From the NCBI GenBank assembly GCA_016839745.1, contig JAEOTS010000059.1:1-44164 (forward strand): a stretch of 44,164 bases of DNA, given 5' to 3'. Both the position numbers and the translations under genes were made by a program. Under the pieces are notes generated by a model that ran no database searches, had not been told where the DNA came from, and saw only the letters and a program-made list of their open reading frames with translations. This stretch comes from Promethearchaeota archaeon (GTDB lineage Archaea > Asgardarchaeota > Lokiarchaeia > Sigyniarchaeales > SOKP01). Shown here piece after piece: positions 28,823 to 38,953 of this stretch (its first letter is position 1; the number at the start of each line of letters is the position of its first letter).

Positions 28823-30313
28823 CTACATTTCATTAAGTTCCTTAATTATTAATTTTATAAGGTTATAAATTAATCCCACATCAGAGATTTTTAATCTTTC
28901 ACTCGGCGAATGCAAACCTTCGATTGTTGGACCAAAAGAAACCATTTGGAGTTCACTTATCTTAGTGCTAATCATTCCAGTCTCTAATCCACCATGAATT
29001 ATATTAGTTATTACCGGTTTTTTTATAAGAGTCTCGTATTGTTTAATAACATATTTTAAGAACTTAGATTCTAAATTAGGTAACCACTCGGGTAAAACGG
29101 GTCTTAAAAACACTTTCCAATCTCCTAATAACCCTAATTGTTGCAATGAAACGCAAAAAGAATCCAATTCGCTTCTGATTATACTACGTGGATAGAACCA
29201 AAAAATTTCGTCATTTTTTTCAGTATTTACAATGGCAAAATTGTTCGAACTTTCTACAAATCCTTCATAAATGTGAGACATCTTAAGAACACCACTAGGG
29301 ATCAAATGAGCGGTAGATATTAATATCTGTGAATCTTCTATTGAAAAGTAATTGTCTGGAAGAGATTTTTTATATTCGATTTTTATGTTAGGTTCAAATT
29401 TTTCATAATAATCCTTAATCGATGTTATTTCTTTTTTAATTAATTCTTCCAATAAATTTTGATCCTTTGAATTAATACCAAATTTTGCTATAGATTTAGC
29501 CGGGATGACATTTGCTTTAGTACCACCTAGCCATTTACAGACATATAATTTCATTTCTTGAGACGCTTTTGACAGAATTCTACACATTATTTTATTTGCA
29601 TTAGCCCTAGGTAAGTGTACGTCCCCCCCTGAATGGCCACTTAATAATCCATACACAGAAAGTTCAAAAAATTCTAAACCATCGTCTTCTTGATAAACAT
29701 TCCTATCAAATTCTTTTGAAAAACGCACTCTTCTTCCACAAACAGAACCAACTACGATACTTCCGATAAGTCCACCATCTAAATTAATCATTAATTTACT
29801 CATTATGTCAAGAGCCAAAGGATCTAATAAAGTTGCTCCATCAAATCCATCCTCCTCATTTACCGTAAGAAGAACTTCAATTGGGCCGTGAGCATCTATT
29901 GTAGGATCAATTAAAATAGCTAAAGCAAAAGCAACTCCGATACCATCATCAGCACCTAGCGTAGTTCCATCGGCATCCAACCACTCTTTATTATCTTGAA
30001 TCCTTAGGGGGATTCCAGACTCCATAAAATCAAATCCTTCTGCTCTATCTGTTTCACATACCATGTCCATATGTGCTTGAAGCATTAAAGAAGGGGCTAA
30101 CTCCATTCCTCTAGTAGCTGGTTTTCTAATTAAGATATTTCCTACGGAATCCTGATTAATCTGATAATCAATATTATTTGATTTGCCAGATTCTAGAATA
30201 AAATCTTTTATCACTTCACGGATTCTTTCTTCATGTTTAGAAGGTCTCGGAGTTTTTGCTATAATTTCAAAAATCTCCCATACAATTTTAGGTTTTAAAT
30301 TTTCCAACACCAT
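28823..30313 (-). CDS. pepD: Aminoacyl-histidine dipeptidase (peptidase M20C)
   Basis: PRPSKHEE, LQAHMDMVCE, TTLGADDGIG, NEE.G, GHSG, IHGGLE.G, SFGP.I...HSP.E. Confidence 0.9.
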   Translation of the reverse strand: MVLENLKPKIVWEIFEIIAKTPRPSKHEERIREVIKDFILESGKSNNIDYQINQDSVGNILIRKPATRGMELAPSLMLQAHMDMVCETDRAEGFDFMESGIPLRIQDNKEWLDADGTTLGADDGIGVAFALAILIDPTIDAHGPIEVLLTVNEEDGFDGATLLDPLALDIMSKLMINLDGGLIGSIVVGSVCGRRVRFSKEFDRNVYQEDDGLEFFELSVYGLLSGHSGGDVHLPRANANKIMCRILSKASQEMKLYVCKWLGGTKANVIPAKSIAKFGINSKDQNLLEELIKKEITSIKDYYEKFEPNIKIEYKKSLPDNYFSIEDSQILISTAHLIPSGVLKMSHIYEGFVESSNNFAIVNTEKNDEIFWFYPRSIIRSELDSFCVSLQQLGLLGDWKVFLRPVLPEWLPNLESKFLKYVIKQYETLIKKPVITNIIHGGLETGMISTKISELQMVSFGPTIEGLHSPSERLKISDVGLIYNLIKLIIKELNEM

Positions 30314-30444
30314 ATATACTATCTTGGTCTATAGTTATTTAATCTTATAATCTAGAATCACTTCTAGAACCGAACACATTCTACAATTACGGATGTTTTT
30401 AAAGCAAAATCTTTTTTCTTTTAAACTCTTTTTATTAGTCAAAT

Positions 30445-31464
30445 ATGCTACGTACTTATTTTTTGCTTTTTGTGATGATTTTTGTCTGGGGATTTTCATT
30501 TATAGTTGTTGATATAGCCATGGATTTCGTAACACCGCTTTCGATCGCGTTATATCGGTTAATTATTGCCTCTATTTCAATGATAATAATTGATCTGTAT
30601 CTTAGAAAGAAAAGTAACAAAACTGTTACCTTAAATGTTTATAAAGACACCAATAAAGGATCAATAAGAAATTACTGGTTGTACATAGTGTTAGCAAGCT
30701 TAGCTGGAGTATCTTTGTACCTTTTTATTATTTACTCGGCTATTTCCTTGATAGGTCCTTCTTTACCCGTACTTGCAGATTGTCTAATCAACCCTATTCT
30801 TATTACAATACTTTCACTTGTTATTTTCAAAGAAAAACTGAGTAAAAATAGAGTGATTGGTTTCATAATTGCTTCCTTTGGTGCGTATTTATTAATTACT
30901 GGAGGTAACATTGGAGTCCTTCAACCAAATTCACCTAATTTCTTAGGATATGTCCTTGCTCTTTTAGCTCCTCTGGTGTGGTCATTTTATACCATTGCTA
31001 TAAAAAAAGTAAAGCAATTTGATAGCTCTAGGACTGAATTTCAAAATCTAAAGAATATTTCCATCTTTGGCACTATCGAATTCTTTATTCTCATTATAAT
31101 TACAGGTGAAATGAATATTTTTTTAAATAACTTCTTAAATCTTATTGTTTTTCTGTGTGCTTCATATTTAGGTTTGGGAGCTTTCATAATTGGCTATTAT
31201 ATTTGGAATTACTCTCTTAAAAAGCTGAGGTCTTCGGGCGTTGCATCATTTCTATATTTACAACCATTTATAACTCTTATTTTATCGATAATTTTTCAAC
31301 GAAGCGATGTTATAGGTTTGTGGAATATTATTGGAGGTTTAATTGTAATGGTAGCATTAGTTATTATAAATTATAAAAAACAAGAATTAACAACCCAATA
31401 TTCTTCAAAAGCGAAACCATCTCGAGAGAGAGATGCCGCATCTATTGGAAGAATGGAAAATTAA
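30445..31464 (+). CDS. EamA/DMT-family transporter
   Basis: 10 TM in two repeats; VWGFSF, P......R, P.....LS...FKEK, YLQP. Confidence 0.9.
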   Translation: MLRTYFLLFVMIFVWGFSFIVVDIAMDFVTPLSIALYRLIIASISMIIIDLYLRKKSNKTVTLNVYKDTNKGSIRNYWLYIVLASLAGVSLYLFIIYSAISLIGPSLPVLADCLINPILITILSLVIFKEKLSKNRVIGFIIASFGAYLLITGGNIGVLQPNSPNFLGYVLALLAPLVWSFYTIAIKKVKQFDSSRTEFQNLKNISIFGTIEFFILIIITGEMNIFLNNFLNLIVFLCASYLGLGAFIIGYYIWNYSLKKLRSSGVASFLYLQPFITLILSIIFQRSDVIGLWNIIGGLIVMVALVIINYKKQELTTQYSSKAKPSRERDAASIGRMEN

Positions 31465-31517
31465 AAGACAAATTAGATATTAAAAAAATGGGAAATTTTA
31501 ATTCTGAGGCTTTTTTC

Positions 31518-33122
31518 TTAAAGAAGTAGTAAATCTATCTTACGAAAATAATCTAAATTGATATATTGGAAACAGGAGTCGATTGACTCAATTCCTTCTA
31601 ATTCGCTTATAGATAACCTGCTTTTATCTTTAAAATCTTTAGCCACCCAGATTAATTTATTAAATCTTTGATGATGATTGTGAAAACGTTGATTAGCATA
31701 ATCTTTAGCTTGCTTAGTGTATAAGAGAAATGGCCAATCGCTTCCTTCCATTAATAATAGTTCTCTTGCAATTTGTTTTAAAATCCTTTGTTGTAATTGG
31801 TTAGGGTTTGGATATAAAGCTAGAACATTTTCAAACTCCACCATAGAACTATTTATGTAAGGCCAAATCCAGCCATGTTCTGGATTTTTCCAAACTTGAA
31901 AATGACCGCCCTCACCCCAACTACTTTCATTCATCTTAATAATAGAGAACTTATCTTTATTTTTAGAGAGATAGGATGAAAATGATATCATCTTGATATC
32001 TTTTTCTCCATTAATTAATTCAAAGACTCGTTTAAGCCATGGTATTCCCTCCATCCACCAATGACCAAACAGCTCAAAATCATAAGGAGATATAATTATG
32101 CCTTTCTCGTTATATTTACTTGAAAATGATGCCACTTCTTTTAAAAGAGAAGAAACAAAACGATCTGCGTCCAAATTAACATTCTCTTGGGCCCTTTCTA
32201 TATCATATAGTTCCTTCTGCTCGTTATCAATTGATTTATCTGTAATCCTCCAATAGTGTAATCCAGAATCATAATCTTTTTTATGAAATTCTCTATAATA
32301 ATCATTACCAGGATAACCTATTTGTGCATCCCATACTTGTCTGCTTGTGTTTCTATTCCTACCAAAAACCGAAACTCCGGTTTCTAAATTATATCCAAAG
32401 TTCGTGTTCAAACCTATTTTGTTTTTATTCTCAATAATCTCAGCAGTTAAAATTCCATGAGAATCAACAAAAAAGTATTCTATTCCAGAGTTATGAAGCC
32501 AGTAATCAATACTTTCCTGTAAAATATTTCCATTTTTCTTCTTAGGTCGATATGCACATTCTGGAAGCCATATTCCTTTTGGTTCTTTCTTGAAGTATTT
32601 TTTGTGGGTCTCGACAGCAAGTTGTATCTGAGAAAAAATGCTAGAATCTCGCTCAAAAAGTGGTAAAAAACCATGAGTTGCCGCACAAGTTATTAATTCT
32701 ATCATCTTCTCATCTTGAAGCCATTTAAAGGTACCTAAAAGGTCGGTGTAATAATTATGATAAAAAGTAGAGAGGATATTTTCAAAATTATGCAAATGAA
32801 ATTCTGCAATTTTCTTTCTTGAAGGATGATTAATATATTTTTGAATGTCAGATTTAGCTCTTTTTATTAAGTCTTCAACATATTGGACGAAGCGTTCTTT
32901 CATGTAGTTATCGGCCATTAATTCTGCCAATATTGGAGTGATATTAATTGTTAAGGCAGTTTTAATTCTTCTATCATTAAGTTCCCTTAGAACATTCAAT
33001 AGAGGTATATATGTTTCCAGAGCAGCTTCAGTATACCACTGTTCTCCTGCAGGCCACACCCCGCTCTTCTTACACCAAGGCATATGACCGTGCAATAATA
33101 ATCCAAAATATCCTTTAGTCAT
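31518..33122 (-). CDS. GH57 1,4-alpha-glucan branching enzyme (DUF1957-containing)
   Basis: LHGHMPW, ETYIPL, ATHGFLP, WLPECAY (nucleophile Glu), PYDFELFGHWW.EG (acid/base Asp), RELLL..SDWPF. Confidence 0.93.
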   Translation of the reverse strand: MTKGYFGLLLHGHMPWCKKSGVWPAGEQWYTEAALETYIPLLNVLRELNDRRIKTALTINITPILAELMADNYMKERFVQYVEDLIKRAKSDIQKYINHPSRKKIAEFHLHNFENILSTFYHNYYTDLLGTFKWLQDEKMIELITCAATHGFLPLFERDSSIFSQIQLAVETHKKYFKKEPKGIWLPECAYRPKKKNGNILQESIDYWLHNSGIEYFFVDSHGILTAEIIENKNKIGLNTNFGYNLETGVSVFGRNRNTSRQVWDAQIGYPGNDYYREFHKKDYDSGLHYWRITDKSIDNEQKELYDIERAQENVNLDADRFVSSLLKEVASFSSKYNEKGIIISPYDFELFGHWWMEGIPWLKRVFELINGEKDIKMISFSSYLSKNKDKFSIIKMNESSWGEGGHFQVWKNPEHGWIWPYINSSMVEFENVLALYPNPNQLQQRILKQIARELLLMEGSDWPFLLYTKQAKDYANQRFHNHHQRFNKLIWVAKDFKDKSRLSISELEGIESIDSCFQYINLDYFRKIDLLLL

Positions 33123-33418
33123 TTATGAGTTCAATATTGGGATTATTTCTAATACATTAACTAAAGTTTTATTTTACTTATTTTTATGGTATAATGATCT
33201 TCGTTTTAATGTAGTTTAGCATGAAGAGATAGGGGATATTCGAAAAATTTTTTCTAAAGTAGACCTATTTCCCGAATGAAATCGGTCTGTATTTCAGAGA
33301 GATTAAATCTTTCTATAATAATTAAGATTTAACTCTTGATTACAAGAATTAATTGAGAATATTTTAATTTTCTATAAAATTCTACTTTTTAATAAAAAAA
33401 AAATAAGAAGTTCTCATA

Positions 33419-34186
33419 ATGGACGATATTATTTTATATGAAAAAGAGGGAGATATAGGAAAGATCACACTCAACAAACCAGAACAAAGAAACACAATTG
33501 ATCTTCCACTTCTAAAACTTCTAGGGGAGTATTTCGAATTAAGTGCAAAAAACAGGGATGTTTGTGTTATTTATGCAGCTAATGGTAAGCATTTTACAGT
33601 AGGAGCAGATCTAAAGTATGGATACGATTTGCTAACAAATAAAGAGCGCCTTGCAGAGGCATTAGAGTTTCTTGAATCTTGGCAAATTCTGACACGAAAA
33701 ATGATAGCTCATCCAGGTATAATAATAGTAGGTTATCATGGGTGGGTAATAGGGGGTGGTTTTGAGCATACTCTTGTGTGTGATTATAAAATCGCAGCAG
33801 AAGATACAAGGATTATGCTCCCTGAAGTAGGTTTAGGGCTTTTCTTTTCTAATGCGTCTACTAAACTTTTACCAAGAATTATAGGAGAGGGAAGAGCTAA
33901 AGAGATGATGATAATGGGTAAAGAAATCTCTGCTGAAGAGGCATATAGATTTGGACTGGTAAATCAAGTATGTCCAACACCAAGTTTACCAAGAATATTA
34001 AAAAAAACGGCAAATATGATAATTTCGAAGGATCATTTAGCATTAAAATACGCTAAATCATTTATTAATGAAAATCAAGACTTAAGCATTGAATCAGTCC
34101 TAGCGCGCGAGTCAATCGCGATGATTACAACTGGCCAATCAGAAGAACTCAAAAAAAGATTAGAAAAATTTGATAAGAAAGAATAA
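33419..34186 (+). CDS. Enoyl-CoA hydratase/isomerase (crotonase) family
   Basis: ITLNKPEQRN, FTVGADL, GGGFE...CD, LPEVGLG, AEEAYRFGLVN. Confidence 0.9.
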   Translation: MDDIILYEKEGDIGKITLNKPEQRNTIDLPLLKLLGEYFELSAKNRDVCVIYAANGKHFTVGADLKYGYDLLTNKERLAEALEFLESWQILTRKMIAHPGIIIVGYHGWVIGGGFEHTLVCDYKIAAEDTRIMLPEVGLGLFFSNASTKLLPRIIGEGRAKEMMIMGKEISAEEAYRFGLVNQVCPTPSLPRILKKTANMIISKDHLALKYAKSFINENQDLSIESVLARESIAMITTGQSEELKKRLEKFDKKE

Positions 34187-34190
34187 ATCT

Positions 34191-35069
34191 TTATGTTAAT
34201 TTCCAGATCCTAATTTTTTTATCAGCAGCTCCCATTAACAATAATTTACCATCTGGAGAGAAGCATAAGGAATCTACACCTTTGGGTTTTACTTCAATAG
34301 AATCTAATAATTCTCCGTCGCTTATATTCCAAATTTGTGCTTTGTAATCAAAACCAATAGCGATGATATTTGAATCGGGAGAAATTGCATGAGGTCGAGG
34401 AAATTTAGTGCTAAATTGAACAGTTTTTAGCAATTCCCAATTTTTAGCATTCCATATCTTTAAAGATTCAGAACCTATCGATACAAAAAACTTTCCATCG
34501 GGAGTAAAACGCGCTCCAGATACGACGATTTTATGTTCGGCTATTGTTTTCAATAATTTTCCTGAGGAGATCTCCCAAAGACTAAAAGACTCCCCCAAAC
34601 CTCCTCCTATCAATATCTTGCTGTCTGGTGAAAAACTTACCGAAGCTACATTTCTTTCAAAGGCTTTGATGGTTAAAAGCTCATTTCCATCAACACCATC
34701 CCATAACTTAATCTTTCCATCGTAAGATCCTGTAGCGATAAATTTTGAATTGGGCGATATTTCTGCAGCCATAACAGTTTTTTTATGCCCCTTCAGTGTA
34801 TGTAGGATGCTCCCAGAGTTAAAATCCCATACTTTAGCAGTTAAATCCGTGGAACTAGTTGCAAATATTAGACCATCCGGAGCAATGGATATCGAATTCA
34901 CACTTTTGGAGTGTTCTTCTAAAGTTTTAAGTAGTTCATATGAAGGTATTTTCCAATATTTTACTAAGTTATCCATACCTGTAGAAATTAATGTTGAATT
35001 ATCTGGAGTAATTGCAAGACCTAATACATAATTTGAGTGAGCTTGGAATGTTTTCACTAATTCAATCAT
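34191..35069 (-). CDS. Stand-alone WD40 beta-propeller protein (7 repeats)
   Basis: About 42-aa repeats H...V......SPD......S.D...K.W(D/E/N/K). Confidence 0.93.
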   Translation of the reverse strand: MIELVKTFQAHSNYVLGLAITPDNSTLISTGMDNLVKYWKIPSYELLKTLEEHSKSVNSISIAPDGLIFATSSTDLTAKVWDFNSGSILHTLKGHKKTVMAAEISPNSKFIATGSYDGKIKLWDGVDGNELLTIKAFERNVASVSFSPDSKILIGGGLGESFSLWEISSGKLLKTIAEHKIVVSGARFTPDGKFFVSIGSESLKIWNAKNWELLKTVQFSTKFPRPHAISPDSNIIAIGFDYKAQIWNISDGELLDSIEVKPKGVDSLCFSPDGKLLLMGAADKKIRIWKLT

Positions 35070-35169
35070 GCTTAGATATCCAATATCGAATTAGTATTTT
35101 ATATCTTTAGTTTAAGAATTATAAATATAAAGTTAACATCAAGAATAAAAAAAATTATTAGAAAAAAAA

Positions 35170-36717
35170 TTACTGATTGACTAAGTCTTTTTCTAATTTC
35201 TTACCTTTCATTGCTTTTCTGAATTTTTCGAGTTGCTTTCGAGGAGTTACGGTAGGTCTTTCATATCTTTTCAATTTCGATTTTATCCCAAAGAGGTATT
35301 TAGATATATTTTTCAACTTTTCAATGTCGTAACGCATCATCATTGTAATGGTTTCCATAGCGGGACTCCCTCCACCGTGGAGACCGGCAACCTGCAGAAG
35401 TCCAGCAATTTCTGACACAGCGAAGGCTTCAATACCTTTAAAGCAACGTAAAACATTTTCTGGTTTGACTCTTGGATTTCTCTGCATATATTTCATAGCA
35501 AGAGGTCCTACCTCTTCAGAGAAGAACGATCCTTCAAAAGGTAAAGTTGCGATTAAACCACCTGAAAGGTCTGCTAAAATTTTATATTCTTCGTAAATCA
35601 TTTCACCCGCAAGTCTTCTTCCAGCATTAGTTAATATTTCATCTGGAACTTGAGTGCCTGAGGGCGCTTTTTCAGAGTGTTTCGCACTGGATTCTCCAGC
35701 TGCAAATACTAGTTCTGCTGTACCTATGAGATGTGAGAGCTTATCTTGAACATGTGATGTTTTTTCAATGCCATTATATTCTGCGACTAACGCTGCAGCG
35801 CTAGCTATTACTTCTGTTACAGCCGGCTTACAACCAGTGTAACTATGGCGATGATAATGAGCAAACATTAACGCTAAAAAGCCTGCATACGCTGTTTGTC
35901 TAGGATCTCCATGACCATTTAAAAATACTCTCTCGTTGGGAACAAAAACGTCATCAAATATTATAAATGTCTCAGCATCTCCAAACTTTGCGGCAGGCGA
36001 ATCTAAACGTTCACCTAACCTAAAACTAGCTGGTCGAGTTAACAATTTGACACCATCCCAATCGGCGGGCAAGGCAAAAGCGACTGCATAATCTTTATCT
36101 TCTGGCCCCATATATCTACAGGGAACCACAATCATTTCATCTGCGTATGGTGTGTTCGTTATATTTATTTTACACCCTCTGACAACAATGCCGTCTTCTC
36201 TTGTTTCGATAACTCTTAAGTACTGATCTGGATCTACTTGTTCGTGGGGCCTCTTCAAACGATCTCCTTTAGGATCAGTTTGAGCTGCGCTACCTACTAA
36301 ATCGTTCTCTTGAAAATACTCTAAGAATTTCTTAAATCTTTCATAGTGATCGGTTCCTAAAGCTTGATCCAGCTCGTACGTAATTACGGAAAGAGCGTTC
36401 ATAGCGTCGCAACCCATGCAGCGCTGGATACAACCACCTACGCGATGACAGAGTAATCGAGTCATCAATTGCTTTTTTAAAAGGTCATCTTCGCTCTGAT
36501 GGATGTGGGTAAACCTATTTATTTTTTTTCCGGTTAAATGAGAATTTACTACACATAAATCTTCGTATTCTTCGTCATGAGCGCAATCAAAGGTAACTTT
36601 CACGATATTCATCCCTCCTCGTAATCTGGGGTCGTCCCGACCAACTACTTCGTCACCGATATAAATATTCGGTTTCATTTTTAATAGTCTATTATAATAT
36701 TCTTCGAATGTTTTCAT
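35170..36717 (-). CDS. abfD: 4-hydroxybutyryl-CoA dehydratase/vinylacetyl-CoA isomerase family
   Basis: INRFTHIHQS.DDL.KK, CIQRC.G.DA (Fe-S Cys), QTDPKGDR, HYHRHSYTGCK (His/Cys ligands), LHGGGSP. Confidence 0.85.
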   Translation of the reverse strand: MKTFEEYYNRLLKMKPNIYIGDEVVGRDDPRLRGGMNIVKVTFDCAHDEEYEDLCVVNSHLTGKKINRFTHIHQSEDDLLKKQLMTRLLCHRVGGCIQRCMGCDAMNALSVITYELDQALGTDHYERFKKFLEYFQENDLVGSAAQTDPKGDRLKRPHEQVDPDQYLRVIETREDGIVVRGCKINITNTPYADEMIVVPCRYMGPEDKDYAVAFALPADWDGVKLLTRPASFRLGERLDSPAAKFGDAETFIIFDDVFVPNERVFLNGHGDPRQTAYAGFLALMFAHYHRHSYTGCKPAVTEVIASAAALVAEYNGIEKTSHVQDKLSHLIGTAELVFAAGESSAKHSEKAPSGTQVPDEILTNAGRRLAGEMIYEEYKILADLSGGLIATLPFEGSFFSEEVGPLAMKYMQRNPRVKPENVLRCFKGIEAFAVSEIAGLLQVAGLHGGGSPAMETITMMMRYDIEKLKNISKYLFGIKSKLKRYERPTVTPRKQLEKFRKAMKGKKLEKDLVNQ

Positions 36718-36886
36718 TTTCTTTATCCACCTAACTTTTCATTTTTAAATTTGTATTTTTTCCAATTAATATTTAAGAATTTTCGCGTAATTTAAAGATT
36801 ATTGCTATAAATTTTGCTTAAAATCAATATAAATGTAAGATTTGGTAAGCCTTATAAACAAAAATTTTTGCCTAAAACTAAACTAA

Positions 36887-37402
36887 TTAAACTTCTCTAC
36901 TTATTTGGGATAATTTTTTTCTCAAAGTCGGTATTGGAATGTTCCCCTTTATATATCCCATTGGCAATACTGTCAAAAGATTATCGTTTTTATCTAATCC
37001 TAGCATTTCCTTTACAGCATCACGCTCTAACGCTCCAATCCAACAAGTCCCTATCCCTAAAGACCAGGCCATGAGCATCATATTCATTGATACAAAAGAT
37101 GTATCTTGAATGTAGTAGTTAGGATTTTCTTTTATTTTACCTACAATCGCAATAGCAAGAGGAGCTCTCTTAATGTGAATACCATAAAAAGCTTTTTTTG
37201 ATATTTTCTTTAGAATTTCTTTATTTTTGATAACTAAAAATTCCCAGGGTTGTTTATTAGATGCACTTGGACTCCATCTTCCTGCTTCTAAAATCATTTC
37301 AAGTTCCTTATCGGAAATCATTTTATCGAGATATGTTCTGATACTCCTTCTTTCTTTCAAAAATTTTAAGAATTCTTCTGGTTCTATCATTGTTCTATAC
37401 AA
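36887..37402 (-). CDS. Nitroreductase-family flavoprotein
   Basis: RRSIR.Y, SPSASNKQPWEF, NMMLMAWSLGIGTCWIG, PMGY; possible ATG start at 37390. Confidence 0.93.
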   Translation of the reverse strand: MYRTMIEPEEFLKFLKERRSIRTYLDKMISDKELEMILEAGRWSPSASNKQPWEFLVIKNKEILKKISKKAFYGIHIKRAPLAIAIVGKIKENPNYYIQDTSFVSMNMMLMAWSLGIGTCWIGALERDAVKEMLGLDKNDNLLTVLPMGYIKGNIPIPTLRKKLSQISREV

Positions 37403-37511
37403 TTAATCTAGTATTGCAGATTAAAATAACTAAATTAGGCGATAATTTAAATCTGATTATAATGGTTTATTATAAAATTGAATCAATCAATTGAAAATAT
37501 ATATATAAGTT

Positions 37512-38930
37512 GTGAGAATTTCTAAATTGATGACAATTGCTGAATTAAAAGCAAATTATTCGCGGAAAAAGCATGGAGTATCACATCGGGATGACAATTA
37601 TAAATTAATGGTTAAGTATTATCCAGCTAACTATGAACCGCATAACAATTTTCTTTACGCTTTTTTATGTTTTTTGTACGATGGGGTAAACAAAATTGAA
37701 GAAATTAAAAAAAAAATGTGTAACCTTTTTATTTCATCAACATCACAAGTAATAGTTGGAGAGGAAGACGTAAAAGAGTATTATCTAATTGCGATACGCA
37801 AAGGTTTGATTAAAGATAATAACGGTGAAATAAAACTTACAGAAGAAGGCAGGAAATTAGTTGAAGTCAGCTACCACCATAATCTATACACTTCCTATTA
37901 CATGAGAATTTTTTTGTCTGAGAAAACAGTTATGATAGGTACAGCACTATTTCTAATCATCATTTCTCTATTAAAAATTTTTACGGGGTTACAATTAGGT
38001 TCTCAAGCAATGCTTACAGAGGGATTCGAGAACTTTACAGATTTATTCAAGATTGGAATAGTTGGTTTATTAGGAATAAAACTTAAAAAAGACAAGTTAG
38101 GGAGTATTATAATTATATGCTTGATGATGTTCACGGGGGTAACCCTTGTTTGGTCAGGTATTGAGGCTTTATTAGATCTTTCTCCTATTGTTCCAACAGT
38201 AGAAGCATATATTATTGGTTTTGTGTCAATTGCTTTAAATGCGGGTTTAGCGTTCCTTAAAAGTATGGTTGGAAGAGCTTCTGGAAACCTTTCTCTATTA
38301 AGCGATTCTAAGGATTCGTTATTAAATGTAAGAATTTCCATTGGAGTTTTGATTGGATTTACTTTTGCGTTATTTAATATTTATTTTGTAGATTCTGTTA
38401 TTGGAATTATTATTGCTATTTTCGTTTTTAAGGAAGGGATTGAAGTATTAAGAGAAATCTTGGCGAAAGATGAAAATTTCGATATTACTTCAATAAGGGT
38501 CGTAGCAGACACCATTTATGATAATAGATTGACTGCATACATCTTAGGTAGTATAAGAAGAGAAAACCTAACGATTAAAAAATTGGTTGATAATTTTGAA
38601 GCGGGGTTAGCTCTTGGGCGCCATTATTATGCGGGATTCGCTGATTTCTTCTATACTGGTTTAGGAGCAAAAACTGCCGCAAAATATATTACTGAACTAA
38701 TAAATGGGGAATATATGGAAATTATTAACGATAAGTTGTTTTTAACAAAGAAAGGGTTGAAAGCGTTCTATCGTGCAAAAGCGAAAGAGTTTCGAGGACG
38801 AAGCCAGAGTATTACGATCAGATCTAAATTTAAATTAAAAGATGTTTATTGTGTTATTGTAATTATACTTATCTTGCTGTTAATAATATTTGGTCCGCAG
38901 ATTAATATATGGATAACCAATTTGTGGTAA
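37512..38930 (+). CDS. Cation diffusion facilitator (CDF)-like TM domain flanked by winged-helix-like domains
   Basis: KIFTG...GSQAMLTEGFENFTD, SG.LSLLSDSKDS, VDSVIGIIIA....KEG; flanking segments end in KGLI....IKLTEEGR and GEYM......FLTKKG; C-terminal TM. Confidence 0.75.
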   Translation: MRISKLMTIAELKANYSRKKHGVSHRDDNYKLMVKYYPANYEPHNNFLYAFLCFLYDGVNKIEEIKKKMCNLFISSTSQVIVGEEDVKEYYLIAIRKGLIKDNNGEIKLTEEGRKLVEVSYHHNLYTSYYMRIFLSEKTVMIGTALFLIIISLLKIFTGLQLGSQAMLTEGFENFTDLFKIGIVGLLGIKLKKDKLGSIIIICLMMFTGVTLVWSGIEALLDLSPIVPTVEAYIIGFVSIALNAGLAFLKSMVGRASGNLSLLSDSKDSLLNVRISIGVLIGFTFALFNIYFVDSVIGIIIAIFVFKEGIEVLREILAKDENFDITSIRVVADTIYDNRLTAYILGSIRRENLTIKKLVDNFEAGLALGRHYYAGFADFFYTGLGAKTAAKYITELINGEYMEIINDKLFLTKKGLKAFYRAKAKEFRGRSQSITIRSKFKLKDVYCVIVIILILLLIIFGPQINIWITNLW

Positions 38931-38953
38931 TCTCCTAACCTTTTCAAGAATTT

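Noticed and set aside
34191-35069. DNA-level tandem repeat or diversity-generating target in the WD40 gene
   Set aside because: Repeats are diverged and visible only at protein level; no reverse transcriptase or template repeat nearby.
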